DNA of 64,000 nt, taken from the NCBI RefSeq assembly GCF_000142905.1, contig NW_013657625.1:35690-99689 (forward strand). The letters run 5' to 3'. The stretch's first letter is position 1. Every line of letters begins with the position of its first letter. Of this stretch, positions 51,947 through 61,093 are shown one piece after another. The position numbers and the translations under genes are program-made. The notes beneath the pieces were generated by a model that was not told where the DNA came from, did no database searches, and was given only the letters and a program-made list of their open reading frames with translations. This stretch comes from Thecamonas trahens ATCC 50062. Its lineage: Eukaryota > Protista > Apusomonadida.

Positions 51947-54255
51947 ATGAACCTTGAACTGCTAAGTACGTGAAGCTTGTGCAAGTGACCATGGTATGAG
52001 ACATAATAGAGTGTAGTATACTCACAATTATGCGTTGTGGTGATGGTGCTATGGGCGTACTGTGTATGACGGGCATTGGTGGTGGTGGGAGGGTAGACCC
52101 GTTCGAGAACCCACTGCCCGACGCCATCCAGCACTCGCTGCTCGACGGGTCTGCAGCATGCGTGGGGTACAACAGGCGAGGAACACTGCTTGCTGTGGGC
52201 TGCAATGATGGAAAAGTTCTGGTGTACGACACTTTGACCAAGGGCATTGTCCGCACCCTCTCTGGTCATGTCCAGACAGTCTCCTCAGTGGCATGGTCGC
52301 GCTCGGGCCGCAAGCTCCTCTCGACGGCTACTGATTGGGATCTGATTCTGTGGGATGTGGCTACAGGCGAGATCGATGCCCGCGCTCATCTCTCGAGCAT
52401 GGTCCTGGCCGGCTCTATGCATCCCAAGCTCAATCGTGTTGCGCTTGCCATCCAGCACCTGGTGGGCCCGGTGGTCGTCACCTTTGCCCAAGGCTCGGAG
52501 ATCGACACTAGCCGCAAGTCCAGCGTCCGCGCCCTCCCGCGGCTAGCTGCTCTGGACGGATCGGTGGTGGAAGGGCCGGCAGGTGCCGAGGTTGCCGTCT
52601 TCTCCATTCTTGGCAAGTATGTGTTTGGCGGCACGCCGTCGGGCGTGGTGTACCGGGTGCCGTTTGTGGGCGAGGACGGCGGTGAGATGCCGACGCCGAC
52701 GGCAGCTGACATTGTGGTCCAGACCGGTGCCGGCGTCAAGGACATTGTCTTTGCGCGGTCGGGCAAATTTATGCTGGTCAACTGTGCCGATCGCTCGCTC
52801 CGGCTGTACGGGCTGGCGTCGGACGATGTCGGGGTGCCTGGGTGCGACGCCAGCAGCGTCACGGCGTCCGAGTGCTTGCACCGGTTCGAGGACCTTGTCA
52901 ACCGCATCCAGTGGACGTGTGTAGCGTTCTCAATGGACGGCGAGTACGTACTCGCGTCGTCGGCCGAGTCGTCGCAGCACAACATCCTCGTATGGGATGC
53001 TAAGGACGGGACGCTGGCCAAGAACCTCGAGGGCCCCAACGAGGGCATTCTCGCCTTTACCTGGCACCCGCTCCGGCCCATGGTGGCATCGACATCGACC
53101 AAGGGCTCGGTCTTTGTCTGGGGCACCACCATTACTGAGAATTGGTCAGCATACGCGCCTGACTTTGAGGAGCTGCAGGAGAACACCGAATACATCGAGC
53201 GCGAGGACGAGTTTGACGTGATCGACGAGTCGGCGCGCAAGGCCGCGGCCGAGGCGCAGGCCTCGCGCGAGCACGAAGCCGGCGCCGTCGACGTCGTCAC
53301 CATCCAGCCGCTCCCGTTCGAGACTGACTCGGACATCGAGTACCGCGACGAGGACGGCGAGCCGGAGCTCACCCACGTGCCCGTCGACCCCATCCGAGAC
53401 TCGGCACTCCGCCCTCGCATCGAGCTGCCGACCGACGACGGCCCGCTCGAGTCGATGCTTCTCCCGACCATCGAGGAAGAGAAGCGCGCGGCGCTCGCTG
53501 CCGCCGCCGCCGCAGCAGCAGCAGCAGCCGTGTCCACCGCGTCGGGCTCTGTTAAGCCTGCCGCTGCCGCACCGGGCGCCAAGTCGTCACGTAAGCGCAA
53601 AGCCGAAGCGGGCAGCGAAAAGACTGGCAAGAGCTCGGCGTCCAAGAAGCGCAAGGCCAGCCGATCGTCGGCTTCGGCCCGCTCGGGCCCGCCGCCGCTG
53701 CCGGACCCACTGCCCGAGGGCTGGGCCACCTGGTCTAAGATGCGGCAAAAGGCGTACTGCTCGATCGAGACCGCGCCCAACTCGTACTACTACCGCCACC
53801 TGGCGCCCGGCGAGGAGCCCAAGTCGGGCAAGTGGGACGAGGAGGAGCACAAGCTCTTCCTCGACAAGTACCGCGAGTTTGGCGCGGCAGTCACCTCGTG
53901 GGGCCTCTTCTCCCGCCACTTTCCCGGCCGCGTCGGCTATCAAGTCCGCTCGCACTTTGTTGCCTGCATCCGCGAGGGCATCATCACCGACACCTCGCTC
54001 CCGATTGTTCGCGTCGAGCTCGAAAAGGCTGCCAAGGAGAAGGCCGCACGCGCCGCAAAGAAAGCTGCAGCCGCGGCCGCGGCCGCGGCCGCTGCTGCTG
54101 CTGATGCTGCTGCGCCGATGGAAGCCACCCCTCCCGTAACCGCTACCGCGGGCCCTGGTCCGGACACTGCGCCGATGGAAGCCACCCCTCCCGCAACCGC
54201 TACCGCGGGCCCTGGTCCGGACACTGCGCCTATGACGGTCATCAAGCCCGAGTAG
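51947..54255 (+). CDS. RBBP5: RBBP5/Swd1 COMPASS subunit fused to a C-terminal Myb/SANT-like domain (exons 51947-51965 and 52097-54255)
   Basis: Spliced N-terminus MNLELLNPFENPLPD; NRRGTLLAVGCNDG, FEDLVNRIQW, WHPLRP, ENWSAYAPDFEELQENTEYIEREDEFD, VDV; tail PNSYYYRH..PGE..KSGKWDEEEHKLFL...WGLFSRHFPGRVGYQ. Confidence 0.93.
51966..52096 (+). other. Predicted intron (131 nt)
   Basis: GTACGT donor, TACTCAC at 52019-52025, first YAG (TAG) ends at 52096; restores the conserved MNLELL start. Confidence 0.88.
54110..54234 (+). repeat. 57-bp coding tandem repeat, ~2.2 copies (APMEATPPxTATAGPGPDT)
   Basis: Seen directly at the RBBP5 C-terminus. Confidence 0.9.
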
Positions 54256-54356
54256 GACCCGATCAGACAATGATAAAAGCAACATGCCAGCTACTGAACC
54301 AAGCACCATGGTGAGCCTGTGGTCTGATGGTCTGACATCTGGTCACACTTCTCGCC

Positions 54357-55649
54357 ATGTCCGACTCTTGGTGGTCCGACTCGGACGAGGCGCCGCGGCG
54401 GCGCAAGCGCCAGAGCCGGCGCAACAAGACACGGGCTGCCCGACGGAGCGAGGCAGTTGTGAGCAAGCCAGTGGGAGAGGCGAAGAAGAAGCGGAAGAAG
54501 AAGAAGAAGTCTGTCCAAGACCGCCCTCGCGAGGCCGCTACCCCGGCCTCGGCCTCAGACTCGACCGCCGAGTTCTTCACCGCCCCCGACGAGCTGCCGA
54601 TCCCCGGGCGATCCCTCTGCCTCGACCCTGCTCCGGGGCAGAGCGGGAGCAACAGGTCCAAAGGGAGAAAGACGCGTCGTAGTGGCCGCTCTCGTCAGAG
54701 GGAGGCTTCTCGAAAAGTGCAAGGTGCCAGTGCACTTGCTGCCGATAGTCCAGCTCGAAGGCGGAGGCGGCACCGCGACGGCGGCGAGAGTAGCAAGGCT
54801 AAGGCAGCCATGCATGCCGACTCTGTCGGGACGCAGACGAGCAAGGCTGTGGCGGAGAGTGCCGCAGAGTGGGATCCGCTCAAAGATCTGGATTCTGAGC
54901 AGCGGGAGGCGTTTGCAGCGATGAAGGCGCTGGTGCCGCAGCTGGCTGCCGAGGCTGATCCGCCGGTGGATCTGAGTGATGCCAAGGTCCTCGCCTTTGC
55001 CACCGACGCAACATACTGCAGATATCTCCGAGCGCGTGGGTACTCGGCAGAGAAGGCAGCCAAGATGCTTGTGGGCACGCTGGTGTGGCGGGCCGAGTAC
55101 AAGCCTGAGGAGATCACGCTCGAGGAGGTGTGGGAGGAGCTGGAGAACGAAGGCAAGATGTACCTGTCGGCGCACAAGGATCGCGAGGGGCGGCCTGTGG
55201 TGTACATGAAGCCGGGCCACGACAACACCACCGATCGCATTGTCAAGGTCAAGTACCTGGTGTATGTGCTGGAGAAGGCGCTGGGCTCGATCACCACCCC
55301 GGGTATCGAGACCATGACCTGGGTCATTGACTTTAAGGGCTACAAACAGCTCGCGGGTATGAAGAACATCCGAGTCTCCAAAGACACAGCCTCGGTCCTG
55401 CAAAACCACTACCCAGAGCGGCTGGGCAAGGTCTTTATGTGCAACCAGCCGTGGGTCTTCAACATCTTCTGGGGTGCCGTCCGCCCGTTCATCGACAAGA
55501 ACACCGTGGCCAAGGTCTCGTTCCTCGGTTCCGACTACGCACCCATCGCTGAGGTCATCGAGCCATCCGAGCTTGAGGTTGACTACGGCGGCAAGGTGGT
55601 GTACAACTACGACATCGACGAGTACGCCTCGTTCTTGCAGAGCGCGTAA
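54357..55649 (+). CDS. Sec14/CRAL-TRIO lipid-transfer protein (PDR16/Sfh3-like) with a polybasic, FFAT-like N-terminal extension
   Basis: DATYCRYLRAR, TLVWRAEYKP, DREGRPVVYM, WVIDFKGY, LQNHYPERLG, NQPWVF, PFIDKNTVAKV, LEVDYGG. Confidence 0.92.
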   Translation: MSDSWWSDSDEAPRRRKRQSRRNKTRAARRSEAVVSKPVGEAKKKRKKKKKSVQDRPREAATPASASDSTAEFFTAPDELPIPGRSLCLDPAPGQSGSNRSKGRKTRRSGRSRQREASRKVQGASALAADSPARRRRRHRDGGESSKAKAAMHADSVGTQTSKAVAESAAEWDPLKDLDSEQREAFAAMKALVPQLAAEADPPVDLSDAKVLAFATDATYCRYLRARGYSAEKAAKMLVGTLVWRAEYKPEEITLEEVWEELENEGKMYLSAHKDREGRPVVYMKPGHDNTTDRIVKVKYLVYVLEKALGSITTPGIETMTWVIDFKGYKQLAGMKNIRVSKDTASVLQNHYPERLGKVFMCNQPWVFNIFWGAVRPFIDKNTVAKVSFLGSDYAPIAEVIEPSELEVDYGGKVVYNYDIDEYASFLQSA

Positions 55650-55658
55650 ACGCGCTGG

Positions 55659-56653
55659 CTACTCGTCCGAGTCCGACTCGGAGTACGATGGCTCGGGCTC
55701 GAGCCGCAGAATGAGAGTCTCGCGCTCCGCACTCGTAATCAACGCGGCGGCAGGCGGGTCAGCAGCCTCGAGCGCATCCAGAAGCCCATCAAGCGCGGCG
55801 CACGGATACGGCCCGGTCGCCAGGAAGAGCTCGCCGCGCACATGCGCCCAGGCAACCGCCTTGCCGCCGAAGATATCGTCAGCTTCGGTAAGGCGGACAA
55901 CAAGCCGGAGGGGGCAAGCCATGCCCGCTCGCTCAGCCGAAGGAAGTGAACTCCGCCATCGACGGCCAGCGCGAGTGTCGACCGCAGCTGGGCGTTGCCG
56001 AGCGAGTAGCCCGTGAGATGGAAGATGACGTGGTAGTGCGAGACCGAGGCAGCGACAGGCTCAGGTTGGTCCATCATCCACGCCAGCCAAGCATCCATCC
56101 GAGAAGCAAAGACCGCGTCGGGCTCGTCGTAGGGAGCAGCTAGGTACCGCTCTCGCGAAGCTTCCCAATCGTCACCGTCGTCTGCGTCAGGCCCGGTGTA
56201 CCACCAGACCGGGCCAGGCAGCGACGAGGTATCGAGGCCCGGAAATGCAGCAGCAAGGAGATGAGGCGGCGATCCGATGTCATCCGAGCCCGAGACAGCT
56301 TCGCGGCCGAGATCATTGAGCACCACTCGAGTGTGGGCCCAGTTCGGGTGCGCCGGACGTGTGGCGACGATGGGCGCGTCCGGGAAGACCAGCAGCGCTG
56401 TCTGAATGGCGCGCGAGAGCGGCGAGACGATGATGAGCGGCGGTGGGGCAATAGCAGCCAGATCAGCATTTGCTGCGGCGGTCGCTTGCGCCTGACCGTG
56501 CTCAGTCAGCGGTGCATCGTGGACCATGGGATCATGCGGCTCTGGCGAATGCTGCGCCGCATTGTAGACCGACTGGGCATGGCGGACAAAGTGGACGACC
56601 TTGACTAACTCGGCACTGGCGAGCTCAGCCACTGCCTGCAGTCCTGCATCCAT
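55659..56653 (-). CDS. Histidine phosphatase (phosphoglycerate-mutase-like); probable frameshift near 55950
   Basis: VHFVRHAQSVYN, DAPLTEHGQAQA, IVSPLSRAIQTA, RE, DIGSP, SVSH. The C-terminus looks more natural in the frame of ORF 55659..55922. Confidence 0.8.
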
Positions 56654-57056
56654 AAGAGACGCAGAGACGTAGCGACAGAGAGATGTTTGGTGTTGGAGGA
56701 CGAGAGACTGGAGTTGATCGCTGTCTTGACTGTGGGCCAAGGTGAGACAATGACTGACCGACCAGACAGCGCCACACCACCCACCACCTCATCGATCTGG
56801 ATCCAGAGTAATGCTCAGATCATGGTCCCATTCCCCGACAAGAGTAACTGAGATATCCCGTGAACGCCAGATTGTTCACCTAGGATGATGCCAGAAGAGT
56901 GCCACCAGTGTCAGTAGTATGAGCGGCCAGCTGTGTCACCAGTCGGCGGACGGCGGTCGGCAGCGGCCGGCAGTCGGTGGGCGGCGGCGGTCGGCGGCCG
57001 ACGACCACTCGACGCAGTTTGGCGAAGCAGGAGCGAGGCTGAGCGACGGGTGTTGA

Positions 57057-60000
57057 ATGAAGTCCCTCAAACGGATGTTTGGCGGGGGCAGGGAGAGCAC
57101 AGAAGAGGGAGGGGATGGAGGGAGTGGTGGCAGTGGTAGAGGTGGGGATGAGTCTGGTCGGTCAGGTCGCAGGCCGTCGTCGTCGTCGTCTGCCCATGCT
57201 CCTCCGCCGTCATCGGCTGCTTCGCCTGGAAGCCACACGCCGCGGTCAGGTGGTTCCACTCCTGGTCGCACAGGGCAACGAGCTGGTGCAGCTGCTGGTG
57301 ATGGTGGCAACTTGTTCTCTGGCATGAACGTCAAGGCCTCGCCGTCACAGTCGGCTGGGGATGCTGGTGCTGGCGGTGGTGGTGGCGGTGGCCGACCTCA
57401 CAGAAACCGTCGTGTTGGTCATCCGGCAGAGGCCGGCTCGAGCCCCGCTGGCTCGCCGGCTGCAAGAGCAGCCAACTCATCGTTCTCTTTTCTCAACGAA
57501 TCGGTCGATGAGGTTGGAGCGGGCAGGACTACGCCGCGGACGGATGGTCTGCCGCAGGACGCAAACTCATCATTCTCCTTCATCGGGAAGGAGAGCCATG
57601 CGGCTTCACCGAGGCACGAGATGGACAGGCACGAGTCAGTGACGCCCGAAAGGACCCGTCCCACCCCTGTCGCCGGAGATGAAGCTTCTGCACAGGGCTC
57701 GGCTGTTCGCAAGACTCGCACGTCCGCATCCAAGCGCGGCCGCGAGAGCAGCAAGGCCGATGCACCCTGGCTTCCCGATCACCTGCGTGGCAAGCCCCGC
57801 GCCGAGTACACCCGCGAGGAGAAGAAGCTGGTGACCAAGCTCAAACGCGAGTATGCTCGATCACGCAAGGAGAGACTTGCGTCTCGTGAACCAGAGCCAG
57901 TTCCGGAGACAGAGCCCAAGCCCGAGACCGAGGCCGAGGCCGAACCGGCAGAGCCAAAGCCCGAGCCTGTCCCCGAGCCTGTCCCCGAGCCTATCCCCGA
58001 GCCTGAGCTCGAGTCCAAGGCCGAAGCAGAAGTCGCGCCTGCCTCTCCGTCAGAGCCAGGTCCAGATGTGGCTGCCGAGCCTGACAGCAAGCCCAGTCCT
58101 GATGGCACAAGCCCAGAGCCTGAGCAAGTTGTTGAGTCCGGCGCTGGGCCTGTAGCTTTGGGTAGCGAGCTCCAAGAGCTCAGCTGTCCGCACAGTGACG
58201 AGTCGCCGCTCGACAAGTTTGTGGCGAGCATCGAGGTGCTGTCTCTCGAGATGAAGGAGCTAATGGCGGGCAAGGCAGCAGCCGAGACCGACCGTCTGGC
58301 GGTGTACGAGACGCTGCTCGAGTTGGCACAACGGCTTGCGACGACCGAGGAGGAGCAGGCTCGGGCAATTACCGCCGAAGCGTATGAGGACGCCGATGCC
58401 CTGTCGATCAAAATGGGTGAGATCCAGATCGAGATGGAGCAGGTCCAGGCCCGCGGGCGCGGCTTTGTGGCCACGTCGCAGCAGCTGTTGGCGACGCTGC
58501 AGACGATCGAAGCGCGGGCACTCAGGGTCCAGGCCGAGGCGCGCGACGCCTTGGTCCAGCACACTACCCAGCAGCGTGTGGCCATGGACGAGGTCCTGCG
58601 CGAGTCGCGCGAGGCCATTGCGGATGAGGAGGAGAGGCTAGAGAAGATGCAGATCCAGGTGGCGCGGAGCCGGTCGCATCTCGAGCTCGACCGCGAGCAC
58701 GTCAGTTCAGAGCGCGAGGCGCTCAAAGCCAAGATCAAGGCCAAGACCCAGGCGTCCGAGGAGCGGGTTGTGCAACTCCAGAGTCAGCTAGCTGTGGCCA
58801 ACGACGAGGTTGCCGAACTAGCGGCGCTGCTGGCGGCCAAGCGCGAGGCTGCCGCAGCGCTAGCGCAGTCAGTGACTGAGGCCCAAGACCGGCTGGCCGA
58901 CATTGTCGCCCGATTTGACAAGGAGTCAGTCGAGGTCCAAGCCAAGGAGGATGCGCTGGCAAGCGAAGCCGAGAGCCTGGATGCCGAGGAGCAGGCTGTT
59001 GCCTCGGCGGCGGCCAAGCTTGATGAGCAGCGGCAAGCGCTGTCGGCGCGCGAGGCCGAGTTTGAGGCTGCGCTGGGTGGGACCGAAGCTGCCCTGGTTG
59101 ACCTCGAGCTGGTGACCCGGATGGCGGGGACGGAGGCCCGGGCAGTTGAGGCTGCCGCCGCCATCCTCGCCTCGTACGCCACGTGGGAGAGCGAGGAGGA
59201 GGCCGCGGTGGAGGCGTCGGCTGGAAACCGCGCATTTGTTCAGGCGCGCGTCTCAGAGCTTGCCGCCGGCGTGGCCGCGAGCCAGGCCCGAGTCTCGCGG
59301 CTCCGCGAAGACATTCTGGTCAAGGAGGTGGCGCTGCCAGGGCTAGTGGCTGACAAGGAGCTCGCTGTCTCGTCGCGGCAGTTTAAGGATGCAGCGCGGC
59401 TGGCGGCGGCGATCAAGGACACCGAGGCTGCTGTGGCGTCGCACCAGACCGAGTTGGAGACGCTGCAAGCCACGCTCGACACCGACCAGTCCGAGCTCAA
59501 CGAACTCAAGCGTGAGCTGGCGACAGCCAACATGGCGGTCGACGCCGCACGCGCAGAGTCGGATGCACGCAAGCTGGCACGGCTCCACCAGCTCGCCACC
59601 GAGCTGATTGACGGTCTCGGCGGCACACCATCAGTGGTGCCGCTGGTCCGCTCGGTCGCCATCCACGCCAAGGCGCTCACCACTCAGCGTCCCGAGCTTA
59701 CTGCTGCTGCACCCGACTTTGATGCAGCGGTAACTGCTGCGCTGGCCGCCGCCAACACTGGCACCACCGCCGATGCCGATGCCGATGCCGGCGCAGAGGC
59801 GGAGGCAGAGGCTGCGACTGATGTGGAGGCGGAGGAGAACGAGGCCGAGACAGGCGAGATGGAGGCGGATGTTGTGGCGGACGATGGTGCCGAGGACAGG
59901 TGTGATGGAGGTGACACGGTTGACGCCGACCAATCTGACGCCGCTGAGCTGGAGCCCGACCAACCGGACGCCGAAGAGCCGGATCCGCAGATGGAGGGCT

Positions 60001-60164
60001 GGCGTGCCGAACGTGACGCCGCAACCGAGAAGCTCGTCGAGCTTGAAGCCGAGCTGGAGGAGCTCGTTGCGCTTGAAGCCTTTGAAAAGTGCGATGTCAA
60101 GCAGGGCGAGATCGATGCAGTCTCTGCTGACATTGCGCGACTCGACGAGCTCCTTCAGGAATGA
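57057..60164 (+). CDS. Long coiled-coil protein with three UVR (UvrB/C)-like motifs and a disordered N-terminus
   Basis: ARAITAEAYEDADAL, KELAVSSRQFKDAARLAAAIK, LEELVALEAFEKCDVKQGEI; (EP)n linker; N-terminal LFSGMNV and SSFSFLN. Confidence 0.75.
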   Translation: MKSLKRMFGGGRESTEEGGDGGSGGSGRGGDESGRSGRRPSSSSSAHAPPPSSAASPGSHTPRSGGSTPGRTGQRAGAAAGDGGNLFSGMNVKASPSQSAGDAGAGGGGGGGRPHRNRRVGHPAEAGSSPAGSPAARAANSSFSFLNESVDEVGAGRTTPRTDGLPQDANSSFSFIGKESHAASPRHEMDRHESVTPERTRPTPVAGDEASAQGSAVRKTRTSASKRGRESSKADAPWLPDHLRGKPRAEYTREEKKLVTKLKREYARSRKERLASREPEPVPETEPKPETEAEAEPAEPKPEPVPEPVPEPIPEPELESKAEAEVAPASPSEPGPDVAAEPDSKPSPDGTSPEPEQVVESGAGPVALGSELQELSCPHSDESPLDKFVASIEVLSLEMKELMAGKAAAETDRLAVYETLLELAQRLATTEEEQARAITAEAYEDADALSIKMGEIQIEMEQVQARGRGFVATSQQLLATLQTIEARALRVQAEARDALVQHTTQQRVAMDEVLRESREAIADEEERLEKMQIQVARSRSHLELDREHVSSEREALKAKIKAKTQASEERVVQLQSQLAVANDEVAELAALLAAKREAAAALAQSVTEAQDRLADIVARFDKESVEVQAKEDALASEAESLDAEEQAVASAAAKLDEQRQALSAREAEFEAALGGTEAALVDLELVTRMAGTEARAVEAAAAILASYATWESEEEAAVEASAGNRAFVQARVSELAAGVAASQARVSRLREDILVKEVALPGLVADKELAVSSRQFKDAARLAAAIKDTEAAVASHQTELETLQATLDTDQSELNELKRELATANMAVDAARAESDARKLARLHQLATELIDGLGGTPSVVPLVRSVAIHAKALTTQRPELTAAAPDFDAAVTAALAAANTGTTADADADAGAEAEAEAATDVEAEENEAETGEMEADVVADDGAEDRCDGGDTVDADQSDAAELEPDQPDAEEPDPQMEGWRAERDAATEKLVELEAELEELVALEAFEKCDVKQGEIDAVSADIARLDELLQE

Positions 60165-60265
60165 ACGCTACGGGTCACAGCACGCGCGCATGTCAGCTCG
60201 TCGCAAGTCGCTTCATGTCGCCCAGCCCAGGCCTCCGCTCTTCGGCACCAAAGCCAACGGTGGCA

Positions 60266-61090
60266 ATGCTCTCTCTCACCAGACATAGTCTTCGTAGAGC
60301 ATTCATGTCAGCAGTAGCTACAGCAGGCGGAGAAGGCGGGAGTGAGCAGCCGCGGAAGCCGCGGAAGCCGCGGCGGCGAAAGGCAGAAGATCCGGCACGG
60401 GCGGCAGGGAGTCGGGCCAAGAAAGCCAAGACGGTGACAGCCAAGCCATCGTGGAAGATCCCGACAGGAGGAGTTGCCAAAGGTGATGATGGTGAGCCGC
60501 GATGCTGGTGGGGCGTGTCTGCGCCAGAGTACGTGGCGTACCACGACAATGAATGGGGCAAGTACCGCGGACCGGACGATCGAAGCGACAACGAGCTGTT
60601 TGAGATGTTCGTACTCGAGAGCTTCCAGTCGGGCCTCTCCTGGCTTACCATCCTCCGCAAGCGCGACGGCTTCCGCAAAGCGTTTGATGGCTTTGACTTT
60701 ACGAAAGTGGCCGAGTACGACGCCGAGAAAGAGGCCGAGCTGGTGGCCAACGCTGACATTATCCGCCATCGCGGCAAGATCCGGGCCGCCATCGCCAACG
60801 CCAACGCCCTGAAAGCTGTTGTCGACGAGTTTGGTTCGTTTGATGCGTATCTCCGCAGCATGCTCGGCGCGTGGACGCCCGAGTGCGCGTTGGCGGCGCC
60901 CAAGACGGTGCTTGAAGACGCGATGGAGAGCAAGACGGCCGAGTCGGAGGCGCTGGCCAAGGATCTGAAGAAGCGCGGGTTCAAGTTCATGGGCCCGACG
61001 ACGGCGTACGCGTTTCTGCAAGCGACCGGCTTTGTCAACGACCACGTCCCGGGCTGTGTGTGCCACCCGGCCAGCGGCGGCGGCTCGTAG
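60266..61090 (+). CDS. tag: DNA-3-methyladenine glycosylase I (Tag family); start may instead be 60161
   Basis: RCWW, YVAYHDNEWG, LFEMFVLESFQSGLSWLTILRKRDGFRKAF, IIRHRGKI, DLKKRGFKFMGPTTAYAFLQATGFVNDH..GC (Cys/His Zn ligands present). Confidence 0.95.
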   Translation: MLSLTRHSLRRAFMSAVATAGGEGGSEQPRKPRKPRRRKAEDPARAAGSRAKKAKTVTAKPSWKIPTGGVAKGDDGEPRCWWGVSAPEYVAYHDNEWGKYRGPDDRSDNELFEMFVLESFQSGLSWLTILRKRDGFRKAFDGFDFTKVAEYDAEKEAELVANADIIRHRGKIRAAIANANALKAVVDEFGSFDAYLRSMLGAWTPECALAAPKTVLEDAMESKTAESEALAKDLKKRGFKFMGPTTAYAFLQATGFVNDHVPGCVCHPASGGGS

Positions 61091-61093
61091 CCA

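Noticed and set aside
5805-54255. Functional clustering of splicing (DHX16, PRP6-like) or chromatin (Sds3, RBBP5) genes
   Set aside because: Genes are far apart among unrelated housekeeping genes; compatible with chance.
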